From Chlamydiales bacterium (lineage in GTDB: Bacteria > Chlamydiota > Chlamydiia > Chlamydiales > JACRBE01): a DNA stretch of 52,036 nucleotides. Positions 28,306 through 37,876 of this stretch are shown in pieces (the first letter of the stretch is position 1; each line of letters opens with the position of its first letter). Location of the stretch: NCBI GenBank assembly GCA_016213235.1, contig JACRBE010000058.1:1-52036 (forward strand), written 5' to 3'. The notes under the pieces are model-generated. The model was given only the letters and a program-made list of their open reading frames with translations, did not search any database and had not been told where the DNA came from. The translations under genes were made by a program, and so were the position numbers.

Positions 28306-29476
28306 AAAACAACTCAAACACAATAAATAACAATAGAGCAATGAGCATCGTCTTTCCACCAAACAGCTGGTAATGAACAGTGTGATCTTTTTTCCTATAT
28401 CTACCGGCCCAGACCATCAGTATTGGTATTAGTCCAAGAAGAAACACGCATCCGATACCACCTGCAAAGTTCAATGCTTTAAAAAATATGGTTGGGTTTG
28501 TTAAAGAAATAACAAGTGGTGGAAGATACACAAGACACACCAGCCCCGCTCTTGTAAGTCCTGTTTTTTTTACCTTTAGTCCATCTGCCCAAAAATCCAC
28601 AAGAGGCAATGTCACACCAAAGAAAGAAGTTGTAAGAGCAAAAAAAGCAAAAAACTGTCCAATGACATAGACACTATTTGTCTTTAAATAATATTTAAGA
28701 GGTTCTACGGCTGTTGCGCCGAGTTGTTGCATTTGGACAAGACCATGAGCCCCTTCCACTGGAACAATCCCCTTAATCAGTAAATCCCAGAGTATATATG
28801 CAACAAATGGAATAGAAGAACCTATAATAATCGAATAACGCATGATTTTTTGGTTATAATGCAGATAATGCGCCAAACTTGGTATTAACCCCTGATAACT
28901 AAAAGAAGTAAAGATAATAGGCAGCGCTTGAAAAGCTCCGAGCCATTCTACTCGCTTTAAAAAAGCTGCATTCACTTTATTAATGCCAAGCGCTACAAAT
29001 ATCACATAAGAAGCAATCAATCCTACCATCAATAGAATATTGATCTTATCTACTGCTTTAGCACCAATGAACACAATAGAGCCAAAAACAGCTGTAAATA
29101 GCAGCGTACCTAGCACTTTAGAGTCTGCATTAGAAAGTAGAGAGCTAAATATGCCACCACCGGCTGTAATATAGGCAATAGTCAAACAATAGAATAGAAA
29201 AAGATATAAAACCCAAGCAGCTATCCTACCTCCATTACCAAGATAATGTTTAGCAAGAGAAATGACATTACTATCTTTTGGCATCTTTAAAAGGGCTTCA
29301 AACATAAGAAGTCCAGTAAACATGCTAAAAAGCCAACATAAAAAATACATCACACAAGCCGGGAAAAACCCGCCTGTTGCACTTGCAACAGGAAGAGCTA
29401 GCATACCAGCTCCGATTGCAGTACCACCAACTAATAAAGAACCACTAATGATTGATTTTACTTCTTTTAACGTCAT
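28283..29476 (-). CDS. tyrP: Aromatic amino acid permease (TyrP/Mtr family)
   Basis: LLVGGTAIGAGMLALP, FTSFSYQGLIPSL, ALTTSFFGV; about 11 TM. Confidence 0.88.
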   Translation of the reverse strand: MTLKEVKSIISGSLLVGGTAIGAGMLALPVASATGGFFPACVMYFLCWLFSMFTGLLMFEALLKMPKDSNVISLAKHYLGNGGRIAAWVLYLFLFYCLTIAYITAGGGIFSSLLSNADSKVLGTLLFTAVFGSIVFIGAKAVDKINILLMVGLIASYVIFVALGINKVNAAFLKRVEWLGAFQALPIIFTSFSYQGLIPSLAHYLHYNQKIMRYSIIIGSSIPFVAYILWDLLIKGIVPVEGAHGLVQMQQLGATAVEPLKYYLKTNSVYVIGQFFAFFALTTSFFGVTLPLVDFWADGLKVKKTGLTRAGLVCLVYLPPLVISLTNPTIFFKALNFAGGIGCVFLLGLIPILMVWAGRYRKKDHTVHYQLFGGKTMLIALLLFIVFELFFTLRAIG

Positions 29477-29601
29477 AATTTTATCCTAAAAAAACCTCAT
29501 CATTTTAAGAGACTCTTCGAATAAACAAAAGATTTTTTTGTTTAATGGTTTTTTCTCTTGTTTATCGCATCCATAACATCTTTGATCTGTTTTTTTCTCA
29601 A

Positions 29602-30321
29602 TTATGCCCTTGGTATATACATCTCAAATTCATTTGTAAAAATATCTTGCTCAATTACTTCTCCAAAAACGCTAGCAGCAACCTCGGCTATTCTTTCTTT
29701 CCCTCTCACACTAGAAAAAGTAGCAGGGATATCTTCCACAGGATAACTATCATCCCAGTACCAATGCTCACGTACATATTCTTTAGATGGAAAAGAAAGA
29801 AGCTGATGTTCTTGCTGCAGAATTTCTTTTGCTCTTTGCATCCATGGGGAAGCGTCTATGTCTGCATCATCAATGTGCATACTCAAATAATGGGTGATAT
29901 ACAGCGATTCAGGATATTTAAGAACTTCAACTGTGTCAGATTCTGGGACAAAACCACATTTAAAATGCTCGGAATGATGATCCGTTACACTCTCTTTTAC
30001 CAAACAGCCGTTATTACTAAAAATAAGCCTTAACACACACATACATATTTTAAAAATAGTTTTATCTTTGAAATATCCCCTATTATCGTGATTTTTATAA
30101 TCGGTAATCTCAATGATATTATGTTGATTAAAGCAAAAGGAACATTCTCCTACCGCTTCCCGACCTAAAGATATTCTTGCTATCAGATTAAAAAAGAGTC
30201 CGGACGACTCATCATATCCTTCATTTCTAACTGCCATAGATACATCAAGAGAATGAGTATGATCTTCTACACATTTGCATGGCACCCGGATCCCAAGGGG
30301 ATGAAATAATATACTATCCAT
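29602..30321 (-). CDS. Orphan hypothetical protein, possible degenerate GNAT-like fold
   Basis: About 240-aa ORF. Start placed at MDSILF (ORF track 30372). Confidence 0.6.
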   Translation of the reverse strand: MDSILFHPLGIRVPCKCVEDHTHSLDVSMAVRNEGYDESSGLFFNLIARISLGREAVGECSFCFNQHNIIEITDYKNHDNRGYFKDKTIFKICMCVLRLIFSNNGCLVKESVTDHHSEHFKCGFVPESDTVEVLKYPESLYITHYLSMHIDDADIDASPWMQRAKEILQQEHQLLSFPSKEYVREHWYWDDSYPVEDIPATFSSVRGKERIAEVAASVFGEVIEQDIFTNEFEMYIPRA

Positions 30322-30488
30322 AAAAAGCCTTTTTTTATAATAAGGAGGCGAAATCATATCATAAGATATCAAATTTAAGCGAGTTATTGGAAAACCTTAT
30401 TTGGATAACTTTGTTGTGATAAAGGATTTATTTTGCTATTAATTTTTTTGCATTATATCCTTATTCAACAGGAGTTAAGTGTAGTATT

Positions 30489-31685
30489 GTGTCGCCGAAA
30501 GTTATAGATAAAGCAAATCATCAGATTAACAGAGAGGATATTGATCCTCACGCTATAGAAATTATTCTAAAACTACAACAAGAGGGTTTTGAAGCCTACC
30601 TCGTTGGAGGTGGCGTGCGCGACCTATTGCTTGGACACAAGCCAAAAGATTTTGACATTTCAACAGCCGCATCTCCAGAAGAAATTAAAAGAACCTTTAG
30701 ACGTAGTTGTATTCTTATCGGAAGAAGGTTTCGACTAGCTCATATTCGCTTTGGAAAAAAGGTGTTTGAAGTATCTACTTTTCGTAGCGGAGATATAGCA
30801 TCTGAAGAGCTCATTACAAGAGATAACGTCTGGGGCAATGCAGAGCAAGATGTTATGCGTAGGGACTTTACCATGAATGGCTTGTTTTATTGCCCTAAAA
30901 CAGAGCATATTATTGATTACGTGGATGGATTTCATGACATTCAAAAACAGCATCTGCGCTGCATTGGACAACCACACCTAAGATTCAAACAAGATCCTGT
31001 TAGAATGATTAGGCTTCTTAAGTTTGAGGCACGTTTTGGTTTAAATGTAGATGAAGAGTTAAAAATCGCCCTGCTTGAATGCAGATCAGAAATTATCAAA
31101 AGTTCTTCCCCAAGGGTATTAGAAGAAATATTAAGGATGTTAGAATCTGGCTCATCTGCAAAATTTATTCATCTTATGTCTGACCATGGACTGATTCAAC
31201 CCTTAATGTCTGGTCTCTCCAAGTTTTTAGAAAGTTCTCATTCTTCCATCATATATGATTATTTGGGAGAAATTGACTACATGATAAAGGAATTTTCAAG
31301 GGTACAGATTCATCGCTCTATTTTACTAGGTGCTTTAACCTTTCCGATATTGCATACGTTATTACTAAAAAAAATGGAAGAAAAAGGGCACGCGCCCCAT
31401 TTAGGCATCATTCAACAACTCTGCTTTGATGTTGTGCATGACACGTTTGAGCCTTTTTTAATACTCCCACGGAGATTGAAAATCGCATTGATCAATATTC
31501 TATTTACACAGTACCGGTTAATTCCACTGGAAAAGAGCAAACAAAGGAAAAAGCGCATTCCCAATGTACCCGATTTGTTACTTACCATGCAGTTTTTAAA
31601 CCTGCGATATCGTCTAGATCCTTCTTTAAAAAAAGATTGGAATGAATGGAGCAAACTCTTTTTAGGTAAAAAAAGGGGTGCATGA
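30489..31685 (+). CDS. pcnB: Poly(A) polymerase I
   Basis: YLVGGGVRDLL, PKDFD, PAP-specific LIGRRFRLAHIRF, RRDFT, QDPVRMIR. Confidence 0.93.
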   Translation: MSPKVIDKANHQINREDIDPHAIEIILKLQQEGFEAYLVGGGVRDLLLGHKPKDFDISTAASPEEIKRTFRRSCILIGRRFRLAHIRFGKKVFEVSTFRSGDIASEELITRDNVWGNAEQDVMRRDFTMNGLFYCPKTEHIIDYVDGFHDIQKQHLRCIGQPHLRFKQDPVRMIRLLKFEARFGLNVDEELKIALLECRSEIIKSSSPRVLEEILRMLESGSSAKFIHLMSDHGLIQPLMSGLSKFLESSHSSIIYDYLGEIDYMIKEFSRVQIHRSILLGALTFPILHTLLLKKMEEKGHAPHLGIIQQLCFDVVHDTFEPFLILPRRLKIALINILFTQYRLIPLEKSKQRKKRIPNVPDLLLTMQFLNLRYRLDPSLKKDWNEWSKLFLGKKRGA

Positions 31686-32428
31686 AAACTCTTATTACTC
31701 TTCGAGGGCATCATGTAAGCTATGTTGGAATAGAAGATGATAACCCTCTACCTGCCATTTTTTATTTTGCTCTTTCAGGAATGGATAGCCTATCACTCGA
31801 TCCATTTAATCAGCCTGTTGAGATATGGAAACAATATAAGGTTAGAGTCTTTTCTATGACCCTACCTGGTCACGATGAATCCTTAACTACAGATGTTGCT
31901 ATTACAAAATGGATAGAACAATTTAAACAAGGGCAGGATCCGTTTACCCCTTTTTTTCATCATGTTTCTGAAACCATTGATGATTTACATGCCATGGGAC
32001 TTATCAATGAAAAAACAGCAATAGCCGGACTTTCTAGAGGGGCATTTATTGCAGCCCATGTTGCTGCAATAAATAAACATATTACGCACATCCTTGGTTT
32101 TTCTCCTTTAACAACTCTTCGCTTCCTGATGGAAAATGATAAAAACGTTAATCTATCTCATTTTGATCTTCTCCATCTCTCATCTAAGTTATATCGATTA
32201 ACACATCGCTATTACATTGGTAATAGAGATACACGAGTATCTACAAAAGAGTGTTGTTATTATATCATGCAACTTGCAAATGAAATGCATGAAAATAATA
32301 TCCGAGCACTACCTGTTGAATTATTTATTAAGCCATCTATTGGCAGACATGGTCATGGGACGAGCAAAGAAATTTTTGAAGAAGGCGCGCATTGGCTAGC
32401 TAAGGAGATCTGTTGTGCAACATTATGA
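31682..32428 (+). CDS. Alpha/beta-hydrolase fold protein
   Basis: TLPGH, nucleophile elbow AGLSRG, GNRDTRV, GRHGH. Confidence 0.7.
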   Translation: MKTLITLRGHHVSYVGIEDDNPLPAIFYFALSGMDSLSLDPFNQPVEIWKQYKVRVFSMTLPGHDESLTTDVAITKWIEQFKQGQDPFTPFFHHVSETIDDLHAMGLINEKTAIAGLSRGAFIAAHVAAINKHITHILGFSPLTTLRFLMENDKNVNLSHFDLLHLSSKLYRLTHRYYIGNRDTRVSTKECCYYIMQLANEMHENNIRALPVELFIKPSIGRHGHGTSKEIFEEGAHWLAKEICCATL

Positions 32429-33557
32429 TTTTTTTATCATTGCAGCTGAACCTAGTGCAGATATTCATGGGGAAGAAATCATCCAAGCCCTCTTACTGCA
32501 AGATCCATCACTTAAAATAGCCGCAATTGCTGGCCCTTACATGCGAAAATATCCCATTGATGTCGTATTTTCTATGGAACAATTTCAGGTAATGGGATTC
32601 ATCGATGTATTGCTATCATTGCCTAGAATGATTCCTCTATTTTTTCAGGTCAGAAAAAAAACACTTCAAATAAACCCAAAAGTAGTCTTGTTTATTGATT
32701 ATCCCGGTTTTAATATTCGGATGGCAAAACATCTAAAACAAAAAGGGTTTAAGGGAACTCTTGTACAATATGTTTGTCCAACTGTATGGGCGTGGAAAAA
32801 AAGTTTGATTCCCATTATCGCTCACTCTTTGGACCTGCTTATACCCCTATTTCCTTTTGAAAAAAAATGTTTTTCCGACACTTCGTTAAAGGTAGAGTTT
32901 TTAGGGCATCCGCTGGTGCATAAAACAGAAATTTATCGAAAACAACATCAGCAAATAGACAAGTCATATATTACTATCTTTCCCGGGAGTCGTAAAAAAG
33001 AGATCATTAGGAATTTCCCTACACAACTCGCTGTTGCTAGAGAGCTTGCAAAAAAATACCATTTACAAATTGCTGTTGTTTCTGCACAGGAAGCTCTGAC
33101 TCCTCTTATTTCCTCTATTGCACTACAAAAGGAACAGGTTCCTATGGAAATCATTCCCTCCGAACTTCGATATGGACAGATGCAAAAAACAAAACTAGCC
33201 ATTGCTAAATCTGGAACCATTACACTTGAGCTGGCTTTGATGCAAGTGCCGACTGTTGTAAATTTTGCTATCAAACCTCTTGATGAGTGGATCGCTACAA
33301 AAATTTTTAAAATTAATCTCCCCTTTTACTGCATAGTAAATATTTTAGCAAATAGAGAACTATTCCCGGAGTTTTTCGGTTCTAATATGAAACTACCCTC
33401 CCTTTTTGATGCTGCTGACAATATATTATCCCACTTATCCATCTACGACTCTATTATCAATGATTGCGCCGAGATAAAAGAGCTACTGACCGATAAAAAT
33501 GCAAAAGAATCCATTGCAAAAACCTTGTTAGATTCATTGCATCAACAAAAGGTGTAG
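32415..33557 (+). CDS. lpxB: Lipid-A-disaccharide synthase
   Basis: AAEPSAD, IDYPGFN, YVCPTVWAWK, FPFE, GHPL, FPGSRKKEI, KSGTITLE. Confidence 0.95.
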   Translation: MQHYDFFIIAAEPSADIHGEEIIQALLLQDPSLKIAAIAGPYMRKYPIDVVFSMEQFQVMGFIDVLLSLPRMIPLFFQVRKKTLQINPKVVLFIDYPGFNIRMAKHLKQKGFKGTLVQYVCPTVWAWKKSLIPIIAHSLDLLIPLFPFEKKCFSDTSLKVEFLGHPLVHKTEIYRKQHQQIDKSYITIFPGSRKKEIIRNFPTQLAVARELAKKYHLQIAVVSAQEALTPLISSIALQKEQVPMEIIPSELRYGQMQKTKLAIAKSGTITLELALMQVPTVVNFAIKPLDEWIATKIFKINLPFYCIVNILANRELFPEFFGSNMKLPSLFDAADNILSHLSIYDSIINDCAEIKELLTDKNAKESIAKTLLDSLHQQKV

Positions 33558-33605
33558 ATTTTTATCATCTTGTAATATACCATCTTCATAAACTTTTTTA
33601 TTACC

Positions 33606-34058
33606 ATGAACGATAAGTTTCTTATTTACATAGACCGTCTAATACAAGGAAAAAAGGACAATCTTTCTTTTGAGGTTCCCCCTTCTTTTCTTGAAATTAA
33701 TGAAGATGATTTATCTTTTGAAGATACTGTCTTCATTGAAATGGAATCGTATATTGCAGAGGATCATCTCATTTTACATCTTGATCTTTCAACAACATGT
33801 ACTATACCATGTGGTCTTTGTAATCAAAAAACACGAAAAGAAATTTCTTTAAATGGAGAATATTACACCATTCCTTTGAAAGAAATTCCTTCAAGGGTCT
33901 ATAATTTTAAGGAAGCAATTCGAGAGTCAATTTTACTAGAAGTTCCCAGTTACTATCAGTGTAATGATCCTAATTGTCCTGGTAAAGAAGAATTAAAAAA
34001 ATATTTAAAACAAGAATCTGTACAAGCAAGTTGTCCTTTTGCAGATTTAGATTGTTAA
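33606..34058 (+). CDS. YceD/DUF177 family protein
   Basis: PCGLC, IRESILLEVP, PFADL; directly upstream of rpmF. Confidence 0.8.
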   Translation: MNDKFLIYIDRLIQGKKDNLSFEVPPSFLEINEDDLSFEDTVFIEMESYIAEDHLILHLDLSTTCTIPCGLCNQKTRKEISLNGEYYTIPLKEIPSRVYNFKEAIRESILLEVPSYYQCNDPNCPGKEELKKYLKQESVQASCPFADLDC

Positions 34059-34071
34059 CAAGGAGTATAAA

Positions 34072-34263
34072 ATGGCTGTTCCTCGCAATCGAAACTCTAA
34101 TGCGAGAAAAAATTCTAAACGGGCACATCATGCAAAAAAACCTACGAATGTAGTGAAATGCCCAAATTGTTCTAGCCCGCATCGTCCGCATCGCGTTTGC
34201 ATCTCTTGTGGTTTTTATGACGGTAGAAATATTGTCGCAACCACAACAGAGCAACCAGGCTAA
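34072..34263 (+). CDS. rpmF: 50S ribosomal protein L32
   Basis: MAVPRNR, CPNC..PHRVCISCGFY. Confidence 0.96.
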   Translation: MAVPRNRNSNARKNSKRAHHAKKPTNVVKCPNCSSPHRPHRVCISCGFYDGRNIVATTTEQPG

Positions 34264-34276
34264 GGAATAATTTACC

Positions 34277-35293
34277 ATGCGGCCTGTTATTGGGGTCGAT
34301 ATCATGGGAGGAGATCTATCTCCTCTTAGAATTTATCAAGAAATAATACAGCGCCTAGCCTCCTATACTAGGCCGCTGAAGATCCTTTTTTTTCTTACGC
34401 AAGATATTTATCAACAAGTTATTCTACCATCCCTTCCAGCTCATGCTTCTATAGAAATAGATTTTGTTATAGCAGCTACTACCATTGAAATGGATGATGA
34501 TCCTTTAGTTTGTGTAAGAAAGAAAAAAGATTCTAGTTTAATGATGTGCATTGACTATTTACTTCATCATCAAACAGATGCAGCTATTTCTTTGGGCAAC
34601 ACAGGGGCTTTAGTTGCAGCAGCTCATCTCTTTGGCACAAAACTGCCAGGTATTGATCGTACTGCCCTACTCGCCCAGTTACCAACTAAATCAGGCAGTT
34701 TAACCTGTATTGATGTTGGAGCAAATGTTGTCTCTACTTCTGATCAATTGATGCAATTTGCAGATTTAGGATGCGCTTATTTAAAAGCAACAGGCAAAGA
34801 AAAATTTAAAATAGGCTTAATTAATATCGGAGAAGAAAAAATCAAGGGTAGACAAGAGCTTCGTCATGTCTATGATTTGCTACAGACTAAATACCAATGC
34901 GATGACGGTATTCAATTTGTTGGAAATATTGAGACTCTCCATATTTTTTCCGGAGACATTGATTTGCTCTTATCCGATGGTTTTACAGGGAATATTGTTT
35001 TAAAAACAGCAGAAGGGGTCTCTGCGTTTATTTTTGAACAATTATTTAATATGATTCATGAGCCAGATATTCATCATAGACTAATTAAAAAATTTGGTCG
35101 TTTTTTCGGATACCGGGAACATCCTGGTGCTTTATTACTTGGCATAGATGGTATTATTATGAAATGCCATGGAAGATCGGAAGGAAAACAAATTTATTAT
35201 TCTATTTTGGAGTGTGCTAAGCTGGTAGAAGATCATTTTTTAAGCCAATTGAAAACAAACATAAAAAAAATCAATGATCCTCTCGATAAGTAA
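34277..35293 (+). CDS. plsX: Phosphate acyltransferase PlsX
   Basis: GVDIMGGD, KKDSSL, GNTGAL, DVGAN, NIGEE..KG, DGFTGNIVLKTAEG, KCHG. Confidence 0.95.
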   Translation: MRPVIGVDIMGGDLSPLRIYQEIIQRLASYTRPLKILFFLTQDIYQQVILPSLPAHASIEIDFVIAATTIEMDDDPLVCVRKKKDSSLMMCIDYLLHHQTDAAISLGNTGALVAAAHLFGTKLPGIDRTALLAQLPTKSGSLTCIDVGANVVSTSDQLMQFADLGCAYLKATGKEKFKIGLINIGEEKIKGRQELRHVYDLLQTKYQCDDGIQFVGNIETLHIFSGDIDLLLSDGFTGNIVLKTAEGVSAFIFEQLFNMIHEPDIHHRLIKKFGRFFGYREHPGALLLGIDGIIMKCHGRSEGKQIYYSILECAKLVEDHFLSQLKTNIKKINDPLDK

Positions 35294-35317
35294 GTCCATT
35301 TTTTATTACTATCGAGA
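35281..35317 (+). other. Inverted repeat / RNA hairpin between plsX and rng
   Basis: TCTCGATA-a-GTAA ... TTAC-TATCGAGA (12 bp, one bulge); no U-tract. Confidence 0.4.
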
Positions 35318-35337
35318 AACAATATAACAGGTCACCA

Positions 35338-36867
35338 ATGAAAGAAATTTTACTTAACTGCGAATCAAAAGAAATCAGATATGCTATTTTGCACCATGGG
35401 TCACTGCAGGATTTAGTGATTGAGCGAAAAAAAACCAGACAGCTTACCGGAAATATCTACAAGGGAAAGGTAATAAATATTTTAAAAAATATCCAATCAG
35501 CCTTTATTGATATTAATGAGGGGGACAATGGTTTTATTCATATTACCGATATTTTGGAAAACACGCAGAAATTCCAAGAAGCGTTTGACATGGATTTTGA
35601 CTGGGGATATGACATTTCGCAAGAAAATATCAGACAAAAAGAAACAGATATCACAGCATTGTTAAAAAAAGACCAACCTGTTCTTGTCCAAGTTGTTAAA
35701 GAACCAATTGGTACAAAAGGAGCAAGACTTACCTCCAATATCTCATTGCCTGGAAGATATCTTGTCATGCTTCCCAATAATCCTCATCGTGGGGTCTCCA
35801 GAAAAATACAAGATAAAAACGTTCGGGACCGATTAAAAAAGATTATTCGTTCTTTTGAGATGCCAAAAGACATGGGGCTTATTTGTCGTACTGCTAGCAT
35901 TACAGCTTCTACGGATCAACTCATAGAAGAAGCAACAGAACTTTGTAAAACATGGCATATAATCATTGACCAATTTCACAAAGTAGAAAGACCTACCTGT
36001 CTATATCAAGAATCAGACATCATAAAAAAAGCAATGATGACTGCGATTGACAAAAAGTATGATCGTTTACTAGTAGACGATTACACGACTTTTCAAATCT
36101 GCCAGAAATTATATAAAAAATATAATAATGAACATGATTTAAAAATCGATTTTTATCGCGATAAAGTACCTATGTTTGAAAAATTTTCTGTAGAAAGAGA
36201 AATTGATAAAGCGACAAAGAAAAAAATTTGGCTCCCTAGTGGAGGATACTTGTTTTTTGAGCGTACAGAAGCCATGCATACCATCGATGTAAATTCTGGA
36301 AGAAGTAACTTATCCGATCTCAATGTAGAAGAAACGCTGGTACATATTAACATGGAAGCTGCGATAGAGATTGCAAGGCAGCTTCGCATAAGAAATATTG
36401 GAGGCCTAGTCATATGTGACTTTATTGACATGCGATCTAGAAAAAACCAGCGTAGAGTATTAGATTCTTTAAAAGAAGCTATGAAAGATGATTCTGCTAA
36501 ATGCACGATTCTTGGTATGAGTGAATTTGGTCTTGTAGAAATGACAAGACAGAGAAGTCGGGAATCCCTTGCACAAACTCTTTATACTTCGTGTCCTTAT
36601 TGCTCTGGTCGAGGTATTATCAAAACACAAGAAACTGTTTCCATTGAAATTGAAAGGGCACTCAAACGAGTGTCGCATACAAATGACTTAAATACTGTAG
36701 AAATATGCACTCACCCTCATCTACTTGATTATATGCATCATGAGGACAAGGAAGAGTTAGAAAATTTAGGAAAAAAAGCAAAAATAACAGTAACCTTTTC
36801 ATCAAATGATGATTATCATTTGAATGAATTTTCTATAGTGGCAAATGGACAAGAGATTGAAGTATAA
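35338..36867 (+). CDS. rng: Ribonuclease E/G family (Rng/CafA-sized)
   Basis: GNIYKGKV S1 domain, VQVVKEPIGTKGARLT, IDVNSG, IARQLRIRNIGG, DFIDM, CPYC.G.G. Confidence 0.92.
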   Translation: MKEILLNCESKEIRYAILHHGSLQDLVIERKKTRQLTGNIYKGKVINILKNIQSAFIDINEGDNGFIHITDILENTQKFQEAFDMDFDWGYDISQENIRQKETDITALLKKDQPVLVQVVKEPIGTKGARLTSNISLPGRYLVMLPNNPHRGVSRKIQDKNVRDRLKKIIRSFEMPKDMGLICRTASITASTDQLIEEATELCKTWHIIIDQFHKVERPTCLYQESDIIKKAMMTAIDKKYDRLLVDDYTTFQICQKLYKKYNNEHDLKIDFYRDKVPMFEKFSVEREIDKATKKKIWLPSGGYLFFERTEAMHTIDVNSGRSNLSDLNVEETLVHINMEAAIEIARQLRIRNIGGLVICDFIDMRSRKNQRRVLDSLKEAMKDDSAKCTILGMSEFGLVEMTRQRSRESLAQTLYTSCPYCSGRGIIKTQETVSIEIERALKRVSHTNDLNTVEICTHPHLLDYMHHEDKEELENLGKKAKITVTFSSNDDYHLNEFSIVANGQEIEV

Positions 36868-37864
36868 AGACTATCGTTTTATCAATTTACTTAAACAACA
36901 TGAAGTAAATAGGTTATTACCAAAAAAATACCACGATATTTTATTTTATTTTTTGACTTCTTATGAAGATTCATTAACCAAAAACAACATAGCGCTGAGC
37001 GATAAAATATCTGTTATTGAGCAGTTTTTATCCTGTATAGCAAAGCAACAGAAAACACCTTATGTATTTGAGCCATTTCATCACCAGATACTAGAGAATT
37101 TTATTTTTGGTAAAGAATTTATCCGTCCATTAATTGATTTTGAAAAATCAACGCTGCAAGCAGTGGAAAATCTTGATTTAGTTAACCGATACATCCAGTC
37201 AAAAGAAAATGTTATTTTACTCGCCAACCATCAAATTGAAGCAGATCCTCAAGTATTGTTTTTAATGCTGGAAAAAAAATATCCTGCCTTAGGGCAACAG
37301 ATCATTTCTGTTGCAGGAGAGCGTGTGATTACCGATCCCTTAGCTGTGCCATTCAGCTTGGGATGTAATTTATTTTGTATTTATTCTAAAAAGTACATTG
37401 ATACCCCTCCGGAGAAACAACATGAAAAACAGATTCACAATAAACGTACGATGACACTCATGAGTGAAATGCTATCCGAAGGCGGTAAATGTATTTATGT
37501 AGCTCCAAGTGGAGGAAGGGATAGAAAAGGGGAAGATAGAAAAGTAAAAGTAGCCAATTTTGATCCACAAAGCATTGAGATGCTTTACTTAATGGCAAAA
37601 AAAGCAACAAAAAAAACTCACTTCTTTCCACTCTCTTTAGCAACCTTTTCGATCTTACCACCACCGGAAGATGTCCAAATGGAGCTAGGGGAAAAAAGAA
37701 CAACACAAGGAGGCCCTGTACATGTATATTTTGGTAAAGAAATCAACATGGAAGTGTTTCCTGGCTCTGATTTAGAGAATCGAGTAGAGAGAAGAAAAGC
37801 TAGAGCAAAATATATACACCATATGGTAAATGAAGCTTATATGCATTTCCCTATTAATTATTAA
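36845..37864 (+). CDS. plsB: Glycerol-3-phosphate acyltransferase (plastid/chlamydial type)
   Basis: LANHQIEADP (HX4D), AGERVITDPL..PFSLGCNL.CIYSKK, APSGGRDR. Confidence 0.9.
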   Translation: MDKRLKYKDYRFINLLKQHEVNRLLPKKYHDILFYFLTSYEDSLTKNNIALSDKISVIEQFLSCIAKQQKTPYVFEPFHHQILENFIFGKEFIRPLIDFEKSTLQAVENLDLVNRYIQSKENVILLANHQIEADPQVLFLMLEKKYPALGQQIISVAGERVITDPLAVPFSLGCNLFCIYSKKYIDTPPEKQHEKQIHNKRTMTLMSEMLSEGGKCIYVAPSGGRDRKGEDRKVKVANFDPQSIEMLYLMAKKATKKTHFFPLSLATFSILPPPEDVQMELGEKRTTQGGPVHVYFGKEINMEVFPGSDLENRVERRKARAKYIHHMVNEAYMHFPINY

Positions 37865-37876
37865 TAACGAGGTATT

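Noticed and set aside
29545..30033. 162-aa plus-strand ORF
   Set aside because: Antisense to the longer 29602-30321 ORF, with a composition typical of a shadow frame.
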